Positions 47,437 through 56,413 of a DNA stretch of 64,000 bases are shown here, piece after piece. This stretch comes from an uncultured Acidimicrobiaceae bacterium (lineage in GTDB: Bacteria; Actinomycetota; Acidimicrobiia; Acidimicrobiales; RAAP-2). The translations under genes and the position numbers were made by a program. The stretch is from the NCBI GenBank assembly GCA_963809825.1, contig CAWELJ010000014.1, positions 49,639 through 113,638 on the forward strand, given 5' to 3'. The number at the start of each line of letters is the position of its first letter. Positions within the stretch are counted from its first letter, which is position 1. The notes under the pieces are model-generated. The model made no database searches. It saw only the letters and a list, made by a program, of their open reading frames with translations, and had not been told where the DNA came from.

Positions 47437-48443
47437 CAGGGAGCCACCGCCTCGGTCTCGAGCAGCCCGTAGAGGTCGATGTTGCGGTCCGCCATTGCCT
47501 GCAACGCGGCGATGATGTCCGGCCGCGCCGGGTCCCCCGCCGCGTCGAAGAGGTGCGCGTAGCGGCCCTGCAGGCGCAGGTACTCCTCCACCCGTGCCGG
47601 ACGTCGGATGGTCGAGGCCCGCACGACCTCCCCGTTCTCCGCCTCGAACACCGGGAAGAGCCCGGTCTGCGTCGCCAGGCGGGCGACCTTCACCGTGTCG
47701 CCCGGTGCGGAGCCCCAGCCCAGCGGGCAGGTGACCAGAATGTGGATGTAGCGAGCGCCGTGCAGTTCCATCGCCCGCGTGACCTTGTCCTCGAGGTCGT
47801 GGAGGTCCGCCACGGTTGCCGTCGCCACGTACGGGATCCGGTGGGCCATGGCCAGCTCGGGCATGTTCTTGCCCTGTCCGAAGGAGTTGCCCGGATGGGG
47901 GCCGACCGCCTCGGTCGTGGCCGTCCGCGCTGCCGGCGGGGTCGCTCCCGACCGCTGCACGCCGGTGTTCATGTACGCCTCGTTGTCGTAACAGATGAAG
48001 AGCACGTCGTCGTTGCGCTCGAACATGCCCGAGAGGCACCCGAAGCCGATGTCCACCGTGCCGCCGTCGCCGGCCTGGCTGATCACCCGGGTCTCGGCGC
48101 GGCCCTTGACCCGTAGCGCCGCCGCGACCCCGGTCGCCACCGCCGGCGCGTTGCCGAAGAGGGAGTGGAACCAGGCGATCTGCCACGAGGTCTCGGGGTA
48201 CGGCGTCGAGAACACCTCGAGGCAACCGGTCGCGTTCACCGCCACCATCTGTCCGCCCGTGGCGCGCATGGCGGCATCGAGTGCGTATCTGGCACCCAGC
48301 GCCTCGCCGCAACCCTGGCAGGCGCGGTGACCCGACGTCAGCGAGTTAGCGCGCCCGGCGTCCGACTGCACGGTGCGGTCGGAGCGGTTCACCAGCCGGT
48401 TGCCGACAGCGAAGCTGCCCACCTGATAGAAGTGCACGCTCAT
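47436..48443 (-). CDS. 2-oxoacid:ferredoxin oxidoreductase beta subunit (TPP-binding, Por/Vor/Kor family)
   Basis: Motifs CQGCGE, GDGGTVDIGFG and NEAYMNTGVQRS. Confidence 0.9.
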   Translation of the reverse strand: MSVHFYQVGSFAVGNRLVNRSDRTVQSDAGRANSLTSGHRACQGCGEALGARYALDAAMRATGGQMVAVNATGCLEVFSTPYPETSWQIAWFHSLFGNAPAVATGVAAALRVKGRAETRVISQAGDGGTVDIGFGCLSGMFERNDDVLFICYDNEAYMNTGVQRSGATPPAARTATTEAVGPHPGNSFGQGKNMPELAMAHRIPYVATATVADLHDLEDKVTRAMELHGARYIHILVTCPLGWGSAPGDTVKVARLATQTGLFPVFEAENGEVVRASTIRRPARVEEYLRLQGRYAHLFDAAGDPARPDIIAALQAMADRNIDLYGLLETEAVAP

Positions 48444-48445
48444 AT

Positions 48446-49699
48446 TCAGCCGATCCTCGAGGCAACGACGCCGAGGTCGCGCAGCATGTTCTCCGCCGTC
48501 GGCCCGGAGCGGCGCTGTGTCGCCATGCGCTCGAGTTCACGCTCAACCAGGGCCATGTTGAGGTCGAGAAACGTCAGCCGCTCCGACTCACCCCGGAGTG
48601 CCGCCTCGAAGACCCCTCGCAAGGACGCCTTGGTGATGGGACGGCCGCCCAGTCCGGCCACCACGGTGGAGACGGGAACGGGGAGGCCGCTCAGCGCCAT
48701 GGCGATGTCGGTCGAGAGCACGCCGCCGAAACCCACGCTGAAGGCCTTCTCGAGCACGACGACGTCACGCGCGCTCCCGAGCGCGCGGCGCACCGCGTCG
48801 ATCGGGAACGGCCGGAACGACGTGATGCCCAGCGCGCCAATGCGAAATCCGGCCTCGCGTTGCTCGTCCACGACGTCCTTGATCGTCCCGAGCACCGAGC
48901 CCATGGCGACCACGACCACGTCGGCGTCGGCGCTGCGGTACGGGTGCACGAGCCCGCCCGAGTCGCGCCCGAAGGCCTCAGCGAACTCGGCACCCAACTC
49001 GCCGAGGCGGCCGAGCGCGGTCAGCTGGCGGGCATGGGCCAGGTAGCGGACCTCCTCGAACGCATCGGGCCCGACCATGGCGCCGATCGAATAGGGATCG
49101 GCCGGGTCGAGGACCTGCCGCGGCTCGTAGGGAGGGAGGAAGGAGTCCACCAGTGCCTGGCTCGGCAGGTCGACCTGCTCGGTGGCGTGGGTGAGGATGA
49201 AACCGTCCATGTTCACCATGACCGGGACGGACACCTCCTCGGCGAGCCGGAAGGCCTGAATGTGCAGGTCGGCAGCCTCCTGGACCGTCTCGGCGAAGAG
49301 CTGGACCCATCCCGCGTCGCGCGCTGCCATGGCGTCGCTGTGGTCGTTCCAGATGTTGATCGGGGCGCCGACGGCGCGGTTGGCCAGCGTCATCACGATG
49401 GGCAACCCGAGCCCGGCGGCGTTGTAGACGGCCTCCATCATGAAGAGGAGCCCCTGGCTGGCCGTGGCCGTGAAGGAGCGGGCCCCTGCGACGGAGGCGC
49501 CGATCGCCACCGACATGGCCGCGAACTCAGACTCCACGTTGATGAACTCACAGGGCGAGAGCTCGCCCTTCTTCACCATTTCGCCCAGCGCCTCGATGAT
49601 GTGGGTCTGCGGGGAGATGGGGTAGGCGCACACGACCTCTGGCCGGCACAGGGCCACCGTCTGGGCCACGGCCCGCGAACCCTCAATCTGCCGGCGCAC
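48446..49699 (-). CDS. 2-oxoacid:ferredoxin oxidoreductase alpha subunit
   Basis: Motifs AYPISPQTHIIE and ESEFAAMSVAIGAS, 417 aa. Confidence 0.9.
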   Translation of the reverse strand: MRRQIEGSRAVAQTVALCRPEVVCAYPISPQTHIIEALGEMVKKGELSPCEFINVESEFAAMSVAIGASVAGARSFTATASQGLLFMMEAVYNAAGLGLPIVMTLANRAVGAPINIWNDHSDAMAARDAGWVQLFAETVQEAADLHIQAFRLAEEVSVPVMVNMDGFILTHATEQVDLPSQALVDSFLPPYEPRQVLDPADPYSIGAMVGPDAFEEVRYLAHARQLTALGRLGELGAEFAEAFGRDSGGLVHPYRSADADVVVVAMGSVLGTIKDVVDEQREAGFRIGALGITSFRPFPIDAVRRALGSARDVVVLEKAFSVGFGGVLSTDIAMALSGLPVPVSTVVAGLGGRPITKASLRGVFEAALRGESERLTFLDLNMALVERELERMATQRRSGPTAENMLRDLGVVASRIG

Positions 49700-50291
49700 C
49701 GAGCATCGTCCTTCCGTCGGCGCTCATGACCCCGCGCGCCTGCTGGAACACCTCGGCCACCGCCGCCACGTTGCGCTCGGCCACCGAAGGGTTGGCACTG
49801 AAGCGCTCGCGGATCGCCGAGGAGATCGCGCCCACGGTGACCTGGGCGGTCAGAGCGGCGAACCCTCCGAGCATCGCCGCGTTGGGGAGCGGCTTTCCGA
49901 TCTGCCGCAGCGCCACCTCGGTGGCAGGCACCGTGAGCAGGCGCTCGGGCCGGAACCGGGAGGCCAGCGAGCCCAGCCCGAGCTCGTCGAGGGCCCGGGA
50001 GGAGTTCACCAGGAGGTAGCCGTCGGGGCCGAGGCCAGCGAAGAGATCGACCTGGTGCACCAGGGTCGGGTCGATCACGATGACGCAGTCCGGTGCCACC
50101 ACCGGCTCCCGGGTCCGGATGGCTCGCTCGCCGAGCCGGCAGTAGGCGACAACGGGTGCACCCATCCGTTCGGAACCGAAGCTCGGGAAGGACTGCGCGT
50201 GCCGGCCCTCCTCGAAGGCAGCGAGCGCGAGGAGGTCCGCCGCCGTGACGGCGCCCTGCCCGCCCCTGCCGTGGAAGCGCACTTCGAACAC
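49683..50291 (-). CDS. 2-oxoacid:ferredoxin oxidoreductase gamma subunit
   Basis: Begins VFEVRFHGRGGQGAVTAADLLA (GTG 50291). It overlaps the alpha start by 17 nt. The ORF-track N-terminal extension was rejected. Confidence 0.85.
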   Translation of the reverse strand: MFEVRFHGRGGQGAVTAADLLALAAFEEGRHAQSFPSFGSERMGAPVVAYCRLGERAIRTREPVVAPDCVIVIDPTLVHQVDLFAGLGPDGYLLVNSSRALDELGLGSLASRFRPERLLTVPATEVALRQIGKPLPNAAMLGGFAALTAQVTVGAISSAIRERFSANPSVAERNVAAVAEVFQQARGVMSADGRTMLGAPAD

Positions 50292-50359
50292 CGTTCCAGC
50301 GTGCCTGCGGCCCCGGGGGTTCAGTAGAGCCAAAGGTCCCCGGTGCCCGGGACCCGGAC

Positions 50360-50373
50360 GTGACGAAAGTCCC
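50360..50373. promoter_or_regulatory. DosR/DevR-like half-palindrome GTGACGAAAGTCCC (hypothetical operator)
   Basis: Matches 12 of 14 positions of the core GGGACTWWAGTCCC of the mycobacterial DosR box. It lies in the 163-bp divergent region between the OFOR gamma gene and the 58-aa ORF/gap/hydrogenase string. Confidence 0.25.
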
Positions 50374-50454
50374 TGGTGCTCGGCGCAGGGACGGGCATGA
50401 ATTGCCTTGCCGTGCCCCGGGTCCAGCGCCCGGCCCATTCAGGAGGAGCGAACG

Positions 50455-50631
50455 ATGAAGATCGAACTGACCGATGCCCAGGCGGCGGACCTGCTCGAGC
50501 TCCTGCGGGGGGCGCTCGGCGACCTGAGCTCGGAGATCGCGGCGACGGACAACGCGTCGTACCGCGAGGGGCTGCGCAACCGGCGGGCTTCCCTGGAGAG
50601 CGTGCTGGAGCTGATGAGCGCACAGGGGTAG
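50455..50631 (+). CDS. 58-aa helical protein of unknown function, first gene of the gap-hydrogenase string
   Basis: Strong RBS AGGAGGAGCGAACG then ATG. The sequence is MKIELTDAQAADLLELLRGALGDLSSEIAATDNASYREGLRNRRASLESVLELMSAQG, with high GC3. Confidence 0.6.
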   Translation: MKIELTDAQAADLLELLRGALGDLSSEIAATDNASYREGLRNRRASLESVLELMSAQG

Positions 50632-50733
50632 CGGATTCGATCGGGGACCTTTGGCACTACTGCGCACGGGGTGCCGATGGGACCATCGAATCGGGAGGGC
50701 CCCACGGCCCCCGAGGTGATGGAGATGTCGACG

Positions 50734-51747
50734 ATGGCCGTACGAGTCGCAATCAACGGGTTTGGACGGACGGGACGTGCCTTCCTCCGCGCCGCCCTGA
50801 AGTCACCCCACGACGTCGAGGTGGCCGCCGTCAACGACCTCGGCGATCCCGAGGCGCTCGCCCGACTGCTGGCCCGCGACTCGGTCCACGGGCACTTCCC
50901 GGTGCCGGTGTCCGTCGAGCACGACACGATGATGGTCGGCTCCTCCCCCGTGACGATGTTGATGGAGCCCCACCCGGCCGAGCTGCCCTGGCGCGAGCTG
51001 GGCATCGACGTGGTGATCGAGAGCACGGGCCGCCTCACCAGCCGGGAGAAGGCGGCCGCTCACATTGAGGCGGGGGCGCGGCGGGTGGTCATCTCTGCGC
51101 CGGCCAAGGAAGCGGACGCCACGTTCGTCGTCGGCGTCAACGAGGACACCTTCGACCCGGGCCGCGACTTCGTCGTCTCCAACGCGTCGTGCACGACGAA
51201 CTGCCTGGCCGTCATGGCCAAGGTGCTCGACGATGCGTTCGGCCTGGAGCAGGGCTTCATGACCACGGTTCACGCGTACACCGACGACCAGCATCTGGTC
51301 GATGCCCTCCACAAGGACCCGCGGCGCTCCCGTGGGGCGGCGATCAACATCGTGCCGACCACCACCGGAGCGGCGCGGGCCACCGGACTCGTGCTCCCGG
51401 ACGTCGACGGGCACCTCGACGGGCTGTCGCTCCGGGTCCCGGTGCCGGACGGGTCGATCACGGACCTGGTGGCCCTGTTGGCGGCAACGCCCACGGTCGA
51501 GGAGATCTGCGGCGCCTACCGTGCCGCCGCCGAGATCGGGCGGCTCGCGGGTCTACTCGAGTACTCCGAGGACGACCTTGTGTCCACCGATATCGTGGGG
51601 TCCTCCGCCTCGTGCATCTTCGACTCGAAGCTGACCATGGCGCAGGGCAACCTGGTCAAGGTACTGGGGTGGTACGACAACGAGACCGGCTATTCGAGCC
51701 GGCTCGTCGACCTGGCCACCGTCGTGGGTGGCGCGGGGGAGCACTGA
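50734..51747 (+). CDS. gap: type I glyceraldehyde-3-phosphate dehydrogenase
   Basis: Motifs INGFGRTGR, active site SNASCTTNCLA and WYDNETGYS. An alternative in-frame ATG lies at 50719. Confidence 0.92.
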   Translation: MAVRVAINGFGRTGRAFLRAALKSPHDVEVAAVNDLGDPEALARLLARDSVHGHFPVPVSVEHDTMMVGSSPVTMLMEPHPAELPWRELGIDVVIESTGRLTSREKAAAHIEAGARRVVISAPAKEADATFVVGVNEDTFDPGRDFVVSNASCTTNCLAVMAKVLDDAFGLEQGFMTTVHAYTDDQHLVDALHKDPRRSRGAAINIVPTTTGAARATGLVLPDVDGHLDGLSLRVPVPDGSITDLVALLAATPTVEEICGAYRAAAEIGRLAGLLEYSEDDLVSTDIVGSSASCIFDSKLTMAQGNLVKVLGWYDNETGYSSRLVDLATVVGGAGEH

Positions 51748-51783
51748 TCGCCGAACCCGTCCCCGACGCCGCCCCACGGCGCG

Positions 51784-52962
51784 GTGCTCGTCGCGCCGAC
51801 CCCCGAGCGGCGTAGGTTGGGAGCAGTGCATGCCGGAGACGATGCGGTCATCGCCCTCGACGGCCTGGACCGTCTGATCGCGCTGCTCGTCGCACGCGGC
51901 TACCGGACCTTGGGGCCGGTCGCCCGAGACGGTGCCATCGTGCACGGCGAGGTAACCGGTGCCGGCGACCTGCCTGCCGGCTGGCACGACATCCAGGCTC
52001 CCGGCCGGTACCGCCTCGAGCAGTCGGGTGACCCGGAGCTCTTCGGCTGGGCCGTGGGGCCGGCGTCCTGGAAATCCGAGTTCTTCCAGCCCGCAGAGAC
52101 CGTGTGGCGGGCGACGATGAGCGACGGTGCGGTGTCCCTGCGGGTGCCGCCCCCACCCGACCGGCCCGTGGCCATCGTTGGGGCGCGGCCCTGCGAATTG
52201 GCCGCGCTGGACATCCTCGATCGCGTCCTCGCCGGCGGTGAGGTCCCCGACGACCGCTACAGGGCCCGCCGCGCCGGAACGCTGGTCATCGCGGTGGAGT
52301 GCGGAAAGCCGTCCTCCACCTGCTTCTGCACGTCGATGGACACCGGTCCCGACGCCGGCGCGGGGTACGACCTCGCCCTGACCGAGTTGCTGGTGGGTGC
52401 GCACCGCTTCTACGTCATGGTGGGCACCGAGGCCGGTGCGGATCTGCTCGAGGAGCTGGACTGGACCGCGGCGACAGAGGACGACCGCCGTGCCCGCCGG
52501 GACGTGGTGGACGGGGCGCGGGCCGGCATGGGGCGCTCCCTCGAGACGGAGGGTCTCGCCGCGCTGCTGGGTCGCAACCTCGAGCACCCGCGATGGGATG
52601 AGGTGGCCGAACGGTGTCTCTCCTGCGGCAACTGCACGCTCGTCTGCCCGACCTGCTTCTGCGCCGACGTCAAGGACGTGAGCGAGGTCGACGGCACGAT
52701 CGAGCGCCGGCGCTCATGGGCCTCCTGCTTCGATGTCGACCACTCCTACCTTCACGGCGGCCCGATCCGGCCCACCACGTCCTCGCGCTACCGGCAGTGG
52801 CTGACCCACAAACTGTCGACGTGGTGGGACCAGTTCGACACCTCGGGCTGCGTCGGCTGCGGGCGGTGCATCGCCTGGTGCCCCGTCGGCATCGACATCA
52901 CCGAGGAGGCGGCCGCCATCCGCAGCACTGACGGTGCGCTGGCGCCGGGGGACATCCGGTGA
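51784..52962 (+). CDS. hyhB: [NiFe]-hydrogenase group 3b-type Fe-S subunit (AsrA/HyhB-like)
   Basis: 4Fe-4S motifs CLSCGNCTLVCPTCFC and CVGCGRCIAWCP, plus an STCFCTS cluster. The start is uncertain (GTG 51784 or 51826). Confidence 0.82.
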   Translation: MLVAPTPERRRLGAVHAGDDAVIALDGLDRLIALLVARGYRTLGPVARDGAIVHGEVTGAGDLPAGWHDIQAPGRYRLEQSGDPELFGWAVGPASWKSEFFQPAETVWRATMSDGAVSLRVPPPPDRPVAIVGARPCELAALDILDRVLAGGEVPDDRYRARRAGTLVIAVECGKPSSTCFCTSMDTGPDAGAGYDLALTELLVGAHRFYVMVGTEAGADLLEELDWTAATEDDRRARRDVVDGARAGMGRSLETEGLAALLGRNLEHPRWDEVAERCLSCGNCTLVCPTCFCADVKDVSEVDGTIERRRSWASCFDVDHSYLHGGPIRPTTSSRYRQWLTHKLSTWWDQFDTSGCVGCGRCIAWCPVGIDITEEAAAIRSTDGALAPGDIR

Positions 52963-53429
52963 GCGAGGCGGCGCTGAACCTCCTCTCGGGCCACGCGTTC
53001 CTGGCCGGTTTCCCTCCCGAAGCCGTTGCGCTCGTGGCCGAGCACGCCGAGCCCGCCTCCTTCCGTCCGGGCGTGCTGCTCTTCCGGGAGGGGAGCCCCG
53101 CTGAGGTCACGTATTTCATCACCAAAGGCACTGTCTCCATCGAGATCCACGCGCCCAACCGCGGACCGATGGTCGTCGAGACGCTGCGGGCGGGGCAGGT
53201 GGTCGGGCTGTCGTGGGCCGCCCCTCCATTCCGCTACCAGTTCGACGCTCGCGCCGTCGACGAGGTGGACGTGGTCTGTGTCGACACCGCCCACTTGCGG
53301 GTGGCGCTGGCCGAGAACCCCCTGCTCGGGTTCCTCCTCCTCGACCGGCTGGCGGGGGTGATCCTCGAACGGCTCCAAGCGACCCGCATCAGGCTCCTCG
53401 ACATTTACGGCAGGAGCGATGCTCGCTGA
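52959..53429 (+). CDS. stand-alone cyclic-nucleotide-binding-fold protein (no DNA-binding domain)
   Basis: 156 aa with the cNMP beta-roll pattern (FLAGFPPEAVALVAEHAEPASFRPGVLLFREGSPAEVTYFITKGTVSIEI...LRAGQVVGLSW). The GTG start overlaps the hyhB stop (GTGA). Its own end overlaps the hyhG start by 11 nt. Confidence 0.85.
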   Translation: MSEAALNLLSGHAFLAGFPPEAVALVAEHAEPASFRPGVLLFREGSPAEVTYFITKGTVSIEIHAPNRGPMVVETLRAGQVVGLSWAAPPFRYQFDARAVDEVDVVCVDTAHLRVALAENPLLGFLLLDRLAGVILERLQATRIRLLDIYGRSDAR

Positions 53430-54279
53430 GGCCGCGGCAGAGCCCGCCGCCGTGGGGCCCTTGGTTCCCATGCCGTATGTGGTCGTGGGCCGGCGGGAGG
53501 AGGCCGCCGACGTGGTGACCCTCTCGATCGAACCCGCGCAGGGGGCGGTGCCGGCCTTCCGGCACGGCCAGTTCAACATGGTCACGTCCTTCGGCCGGGG
53601 CGAGGTGGCGATCTCAATGTCCAGTGCCCCCGGCGCTCCGGGACCGGTCGAGCACTCCATTCGCCGGGTGGGCGCGGTCACCGCAGCGCTCTGCGACGCC
53701 CCGGTGGGCTCGCTCGTCGGGATCCGTGGGCCGTTCGGGACCTCGTGGGGCATCGACGAAGTCGAGGACGGCGCCGACGTGGTGGTCATGGCGGGCGGCA
53801 TCGGGCTGGCGCCGTTGCGCGGTGCGATCCGGGATCTCGTGGTGCGCCAGAGGGCTGGCCGCGGCCGTGTCTTCGTGCTCGCCGGCGCCCGCTCGCCTGA
53901 CCAGATCCTCTTTCACGACGACCTGATCGCCTGGACTGAGGCGGGGGCCCACGTGGGGATCTCTGTCGACGTGGCCGCGCCGGGTTGGACGGGGCTGGTC
54001 GGCGTCGTCACGGCGCTGCTGCCGGGCGCGCCGTTCGAGGCGCCCGGGTCGCTGGCCCTGCTGTGCGGACCTGAGATCATGATGCGCTTCGGCGGCCGCG
54101 CCCTGGTGGACCGGGGCGTCGAGGCCGGGCGCGTCCGGGTCTCGCTGGAACGCAACATGCAGTGCGGCATCGGCCTGTGCGGCCACTGCCAGCTCGGGCC
54201 GCTGCTGGTGTGCCGCGACGGCCCGATCGTCGGCTACGGCGGGCTGGCCGAAGTGCTGTTCATGGAGCGAAACCGGTGA
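53419..54279 (+). CDS. hyhG: hydrogenase diaphorase-type FAD/NAD(P)-binding [2Fe-2S] subunit (AsrB/HyhG-like)
   Basis: Ferredoxin-reductase fold ([17 protein letters not shown]) and a C-terminal [12 protein letters not shown] cluster motif. Confidence 0.85.
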   Translation: MLAEAAAEPAAVGPLVPMPYVVVGRREEAADVVTLSIEPAQGAVPAFRHGQFNMVTSFGRGEVAISMSSAPGAPGPVEHSIRRVGAVTAALCDAPVGSLVGIRGPFGTSWGIDEVEDGADVVVMAGGIGLAPLRGAIRDLVVRQRAGRGRVFVLAGARSPDQILFHDDLIAWTEAGAHVGISVDVAAPGWTGLVGVVTALLPGAPFEAPGSLALLCGPEIMMRFGGRALVDRGVEAGRVRVSLERNMQCGIGLCGHCQLGPLLVCRDGPIVGYGGLAEVLFMERNR

Positions 54280-55088
54280 CGCCCGAAGAGATCCCCACGT
54301 TGGCCGTATGGAAGTTCGCCTCCTGTGACGGGTGCCAGCTGAGCCTGCTCGACTGCGAGGACGAGCTGCTGGCCCTCGCCGGTGCGGTGAGGATCGCACA
54401 TTTCACCGAGATGACCCGTGCGCATGTCGATGGCCCGTACGACGTCTCCCTGGTCGAGGGTTCGATCACGACGGCGGAGGACGTCGAGCGGATCCGAGCG
54501 GTGCGTGCCGCATCCCACCGCCTGATCACCATCGGTGCCTGTGCCACCTCGGGCGGCGTCCAGGCGTTGCGGAACGCCACCGCGGAGGGCGAGTTCGTCC
54601 GGGCGGTCTATGCCCACCCCGAGTACGTGTCGTCACTCGCGACCTCGACTCCGATCTCCGCCCACGTGCCGGTCGACTTCGAGCTCAACGGGTGTCCGAT
54701 CGATCGTCATCAGCTGCTCGAGGTCATCACGTCCTCACTCGTCGGGCGGCGCCCGGTCATCCCGGATCACACGGTGTGCCAGCAGTGCAAGGGCCGGGGC
54801 ACGGTCTGTGTCCTCGTTGCCCACGGGACGCCGTGCCTCGGACCGGTGACCCGGGCGGGCTGCGGTGCGCTGTGCCCGTCGGTCGGCCGCGGCTGCTACG
54901 GCTGCTTCGGACCCGTCGGCGGCGCGAACACGGATGCGCTGTCGAAGCATCTGCTCGAACAGGGCATGACGCCCCTGGACGGGTCGCGCCTCTTCTCCAC
55001 CTTTTATGCGGGCAACGAGGTGTTCGGCCGCCAGTCGGTCACGCTCCGGGCACGCGCCGGAACGGCTCGGACGGAGGCAGCGCCATGA
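54276..55088 (+). CDS. hyhS: [NiFe]-hydrogenase small (delta) subunit, group 3b type
   Basis: Motifs ASCDGCQLS and GACATSGG, with C-terminal Cys clusters ([34 protein letters not shown]). The GTG overlaps the previous stop. Confidence 0.9.
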   Translation: MTPEEIPTLAVWKFASCDGCQLSLLDCEDELLALAGAVRIAHFTEMTRAHVDGPYDVSLVEGSITTAEDVERIRAVRAASHRLITIGACATSGGVQALRNATAEGEFVRAVYAHPEYVSSLATSTPISAHVPVDFELNGCPIDRHQLLEVITSSLVGRRPVIPDHTVCQQCKGRGTVCVLVAHGTPCLGPVTRAGCGALCPSVGRGCYGCFGPVGGANTDALSKHLLEQGMTPLDGSRLFSTFYAGNEVFGRQSVTLRARAGTARTEAAP

Positions 55089-56389
55089 CGCCTCCCGACG
55101 AGCGCCGGCGCACGGTCTCGGTCGAGGGATTGGCGCGTGTCGAGGGCGAGGGCTCGCTGCGCGTCGAGGTGCGAGACGGGCGTGTGGAGGACGTGGAGCT
55201 GCAGATCTTCGAGCCCCCCCGGTTCTTCGAGGCCTTTCTCCGAGGTCGTCGTGCGACCGAGGCGCCCGATCTCACCGCCCGCATCTGCGGCATCTGCCCG
55301 GTGGCGTACCAGATGAGCGCCTGCGCCGCGGTGGAAGACGCCCTGGGGGTCGATGTCGGGCGTGGTATCGCCGACCTGCGTCGCCTCCTCTACTGCGGCG
55401 AGTGGATGCAGAGTCACTCGCTGCACGTGCACATGCTGCACGCCCCCGACTTCCTGGGCTGTCAGGACGCCGTGGAGATGGCGCAGCTGCACCGGACGGC
55501 CTTCGAGCGGGGCCTGGCGCTGAAGAAGATGGGCAACCGCATCATGGAGACGGTCGGCGGGCGGGCCATCCACCCCGTCAATGTGAAAGTGGGGGGGTTC
55601 TACCGCGCTCCGAGCAGACCCGAGGTGGCCGCCCTGGCGGGCCCGCTCACCGACGCCCTCGACAATGCGCTGGCCACCGTGGAATGGGTTGCGGGGTTCG
55701 ACTTCCCCGACGTGGAGGGCGACTACCGCTTCGTGGCGCTGCGTGAGCCCGGTCGCTACCCGCTCGAGTCGGGCCGAGTCGCCTCGTCCGACGGTTTGGA
55801 CACGACCGCGGCCGGGTTCGCAGATCTGGTCGTCGAGGAACACGTGGCCCGTTCGACCGCTCTGCACGCCCGGCTCGAGAACCGGCTCGAGTACCTGACC
55901 GGACCGTTGGCCCGCTACGCCCTCAATTCGGCCGAACTGCCCGCCGTGGCCGCCGAGGCGGCGGCGCGGGCGGGTCTGGGTCCCCGCTGCACCAATCCCT
56001 TCCAGAGCATCGTCGTGCGCGCCGTCGAAATCGTCTTTGCCTGCTGCGAGGCGCTCAGTCTCGTCGAGCGCTACGAGCCGCCCGATCCACCCCACGCGCC
56101 GGTACCCGAAGGTGGTGGCGTCGGCACCGGTGCCACGGAGGCGCCGCGAGGCCTTCTTTTCCATCGTTACCACATCGATCAGGAGGGTTCGATCACCGAG
56201 GCGCGGATCGTGCCCCCGACGTCGCAGAACCAGATCACGATCGAGTCGGACATCAGACGGACGGTCCAGGCTTCGCTCGAGCTCACCGATGACGAGCTGA
56301 CCTGGAGGAGCGAGCAGGCGGTGCGCAACCACGACCCCTGCATCTCGTGCGCGACGCACTTCCTCGACGTGACCGTCGTCCGCTCGTGA
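55085..56389 (+). CDS. hyhL: [NiFe]-hydrogenase large (alpha) subunit, group 3b type
   Basis: N-terminal Ni-binding RICGICPVAY and C-terminal DPCISCATH followed by a 9-aa extension. The size (434 aa) and the BGSL gene order fit group 3b. Confidence 0.92.
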   Translation: MTPPDERRRTVSVEGLARVEGEGSLRVEVRDGRVEDVELQIFEPPRFFEAFLRGRRATEAPDLTARICGICPVAYQMSACAAVEDALGVDVGRGIADLRRLLYCGEWMQSHSLHVHMLHAPDFLGCQDAVEMAQLHRTAFERGLALKKMGNRIMETVGGRAIHPVNVKVGGFYRAPSRPEVAALAGPLTDALDNALATVEWVAGFDFPDVEGDYRFVALREPGRYPLESGRVASSDGLDTTAAGFADLVVEEHVARSTALHARLENRLEYLTGPLARYALNSAELPAVAAEAAARAGLGPRCTNPFQSIVVRAVEIVFACCEALSLVERYEPPDPPHAPVPEGGGVGTGATEAPRGLLFHRYHIDQEGSITEARIVPPTSQNQITIESDIRRTVQASLELTDDELTWRSEQAVRNHDPCISCATHFLDVTVVRS

Positions 56390-56413
56390 GCGTCGCCGGC
56401 TGGCCGGCGCGTC

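Noticed and set aside
45466-47472. 668-aa plus-strand ORF, and the 833-aa minus-strand ORF 45811..48312
   Set aside because: The plus-strand ORF is antisense to the GltD-like fusion. The 833-aa ORF is the real fusion gene with a spurious upstream extension that reads through the beta-subunit gene in another frame. The true start is ATG 47436 (MERPFAITLEV...).
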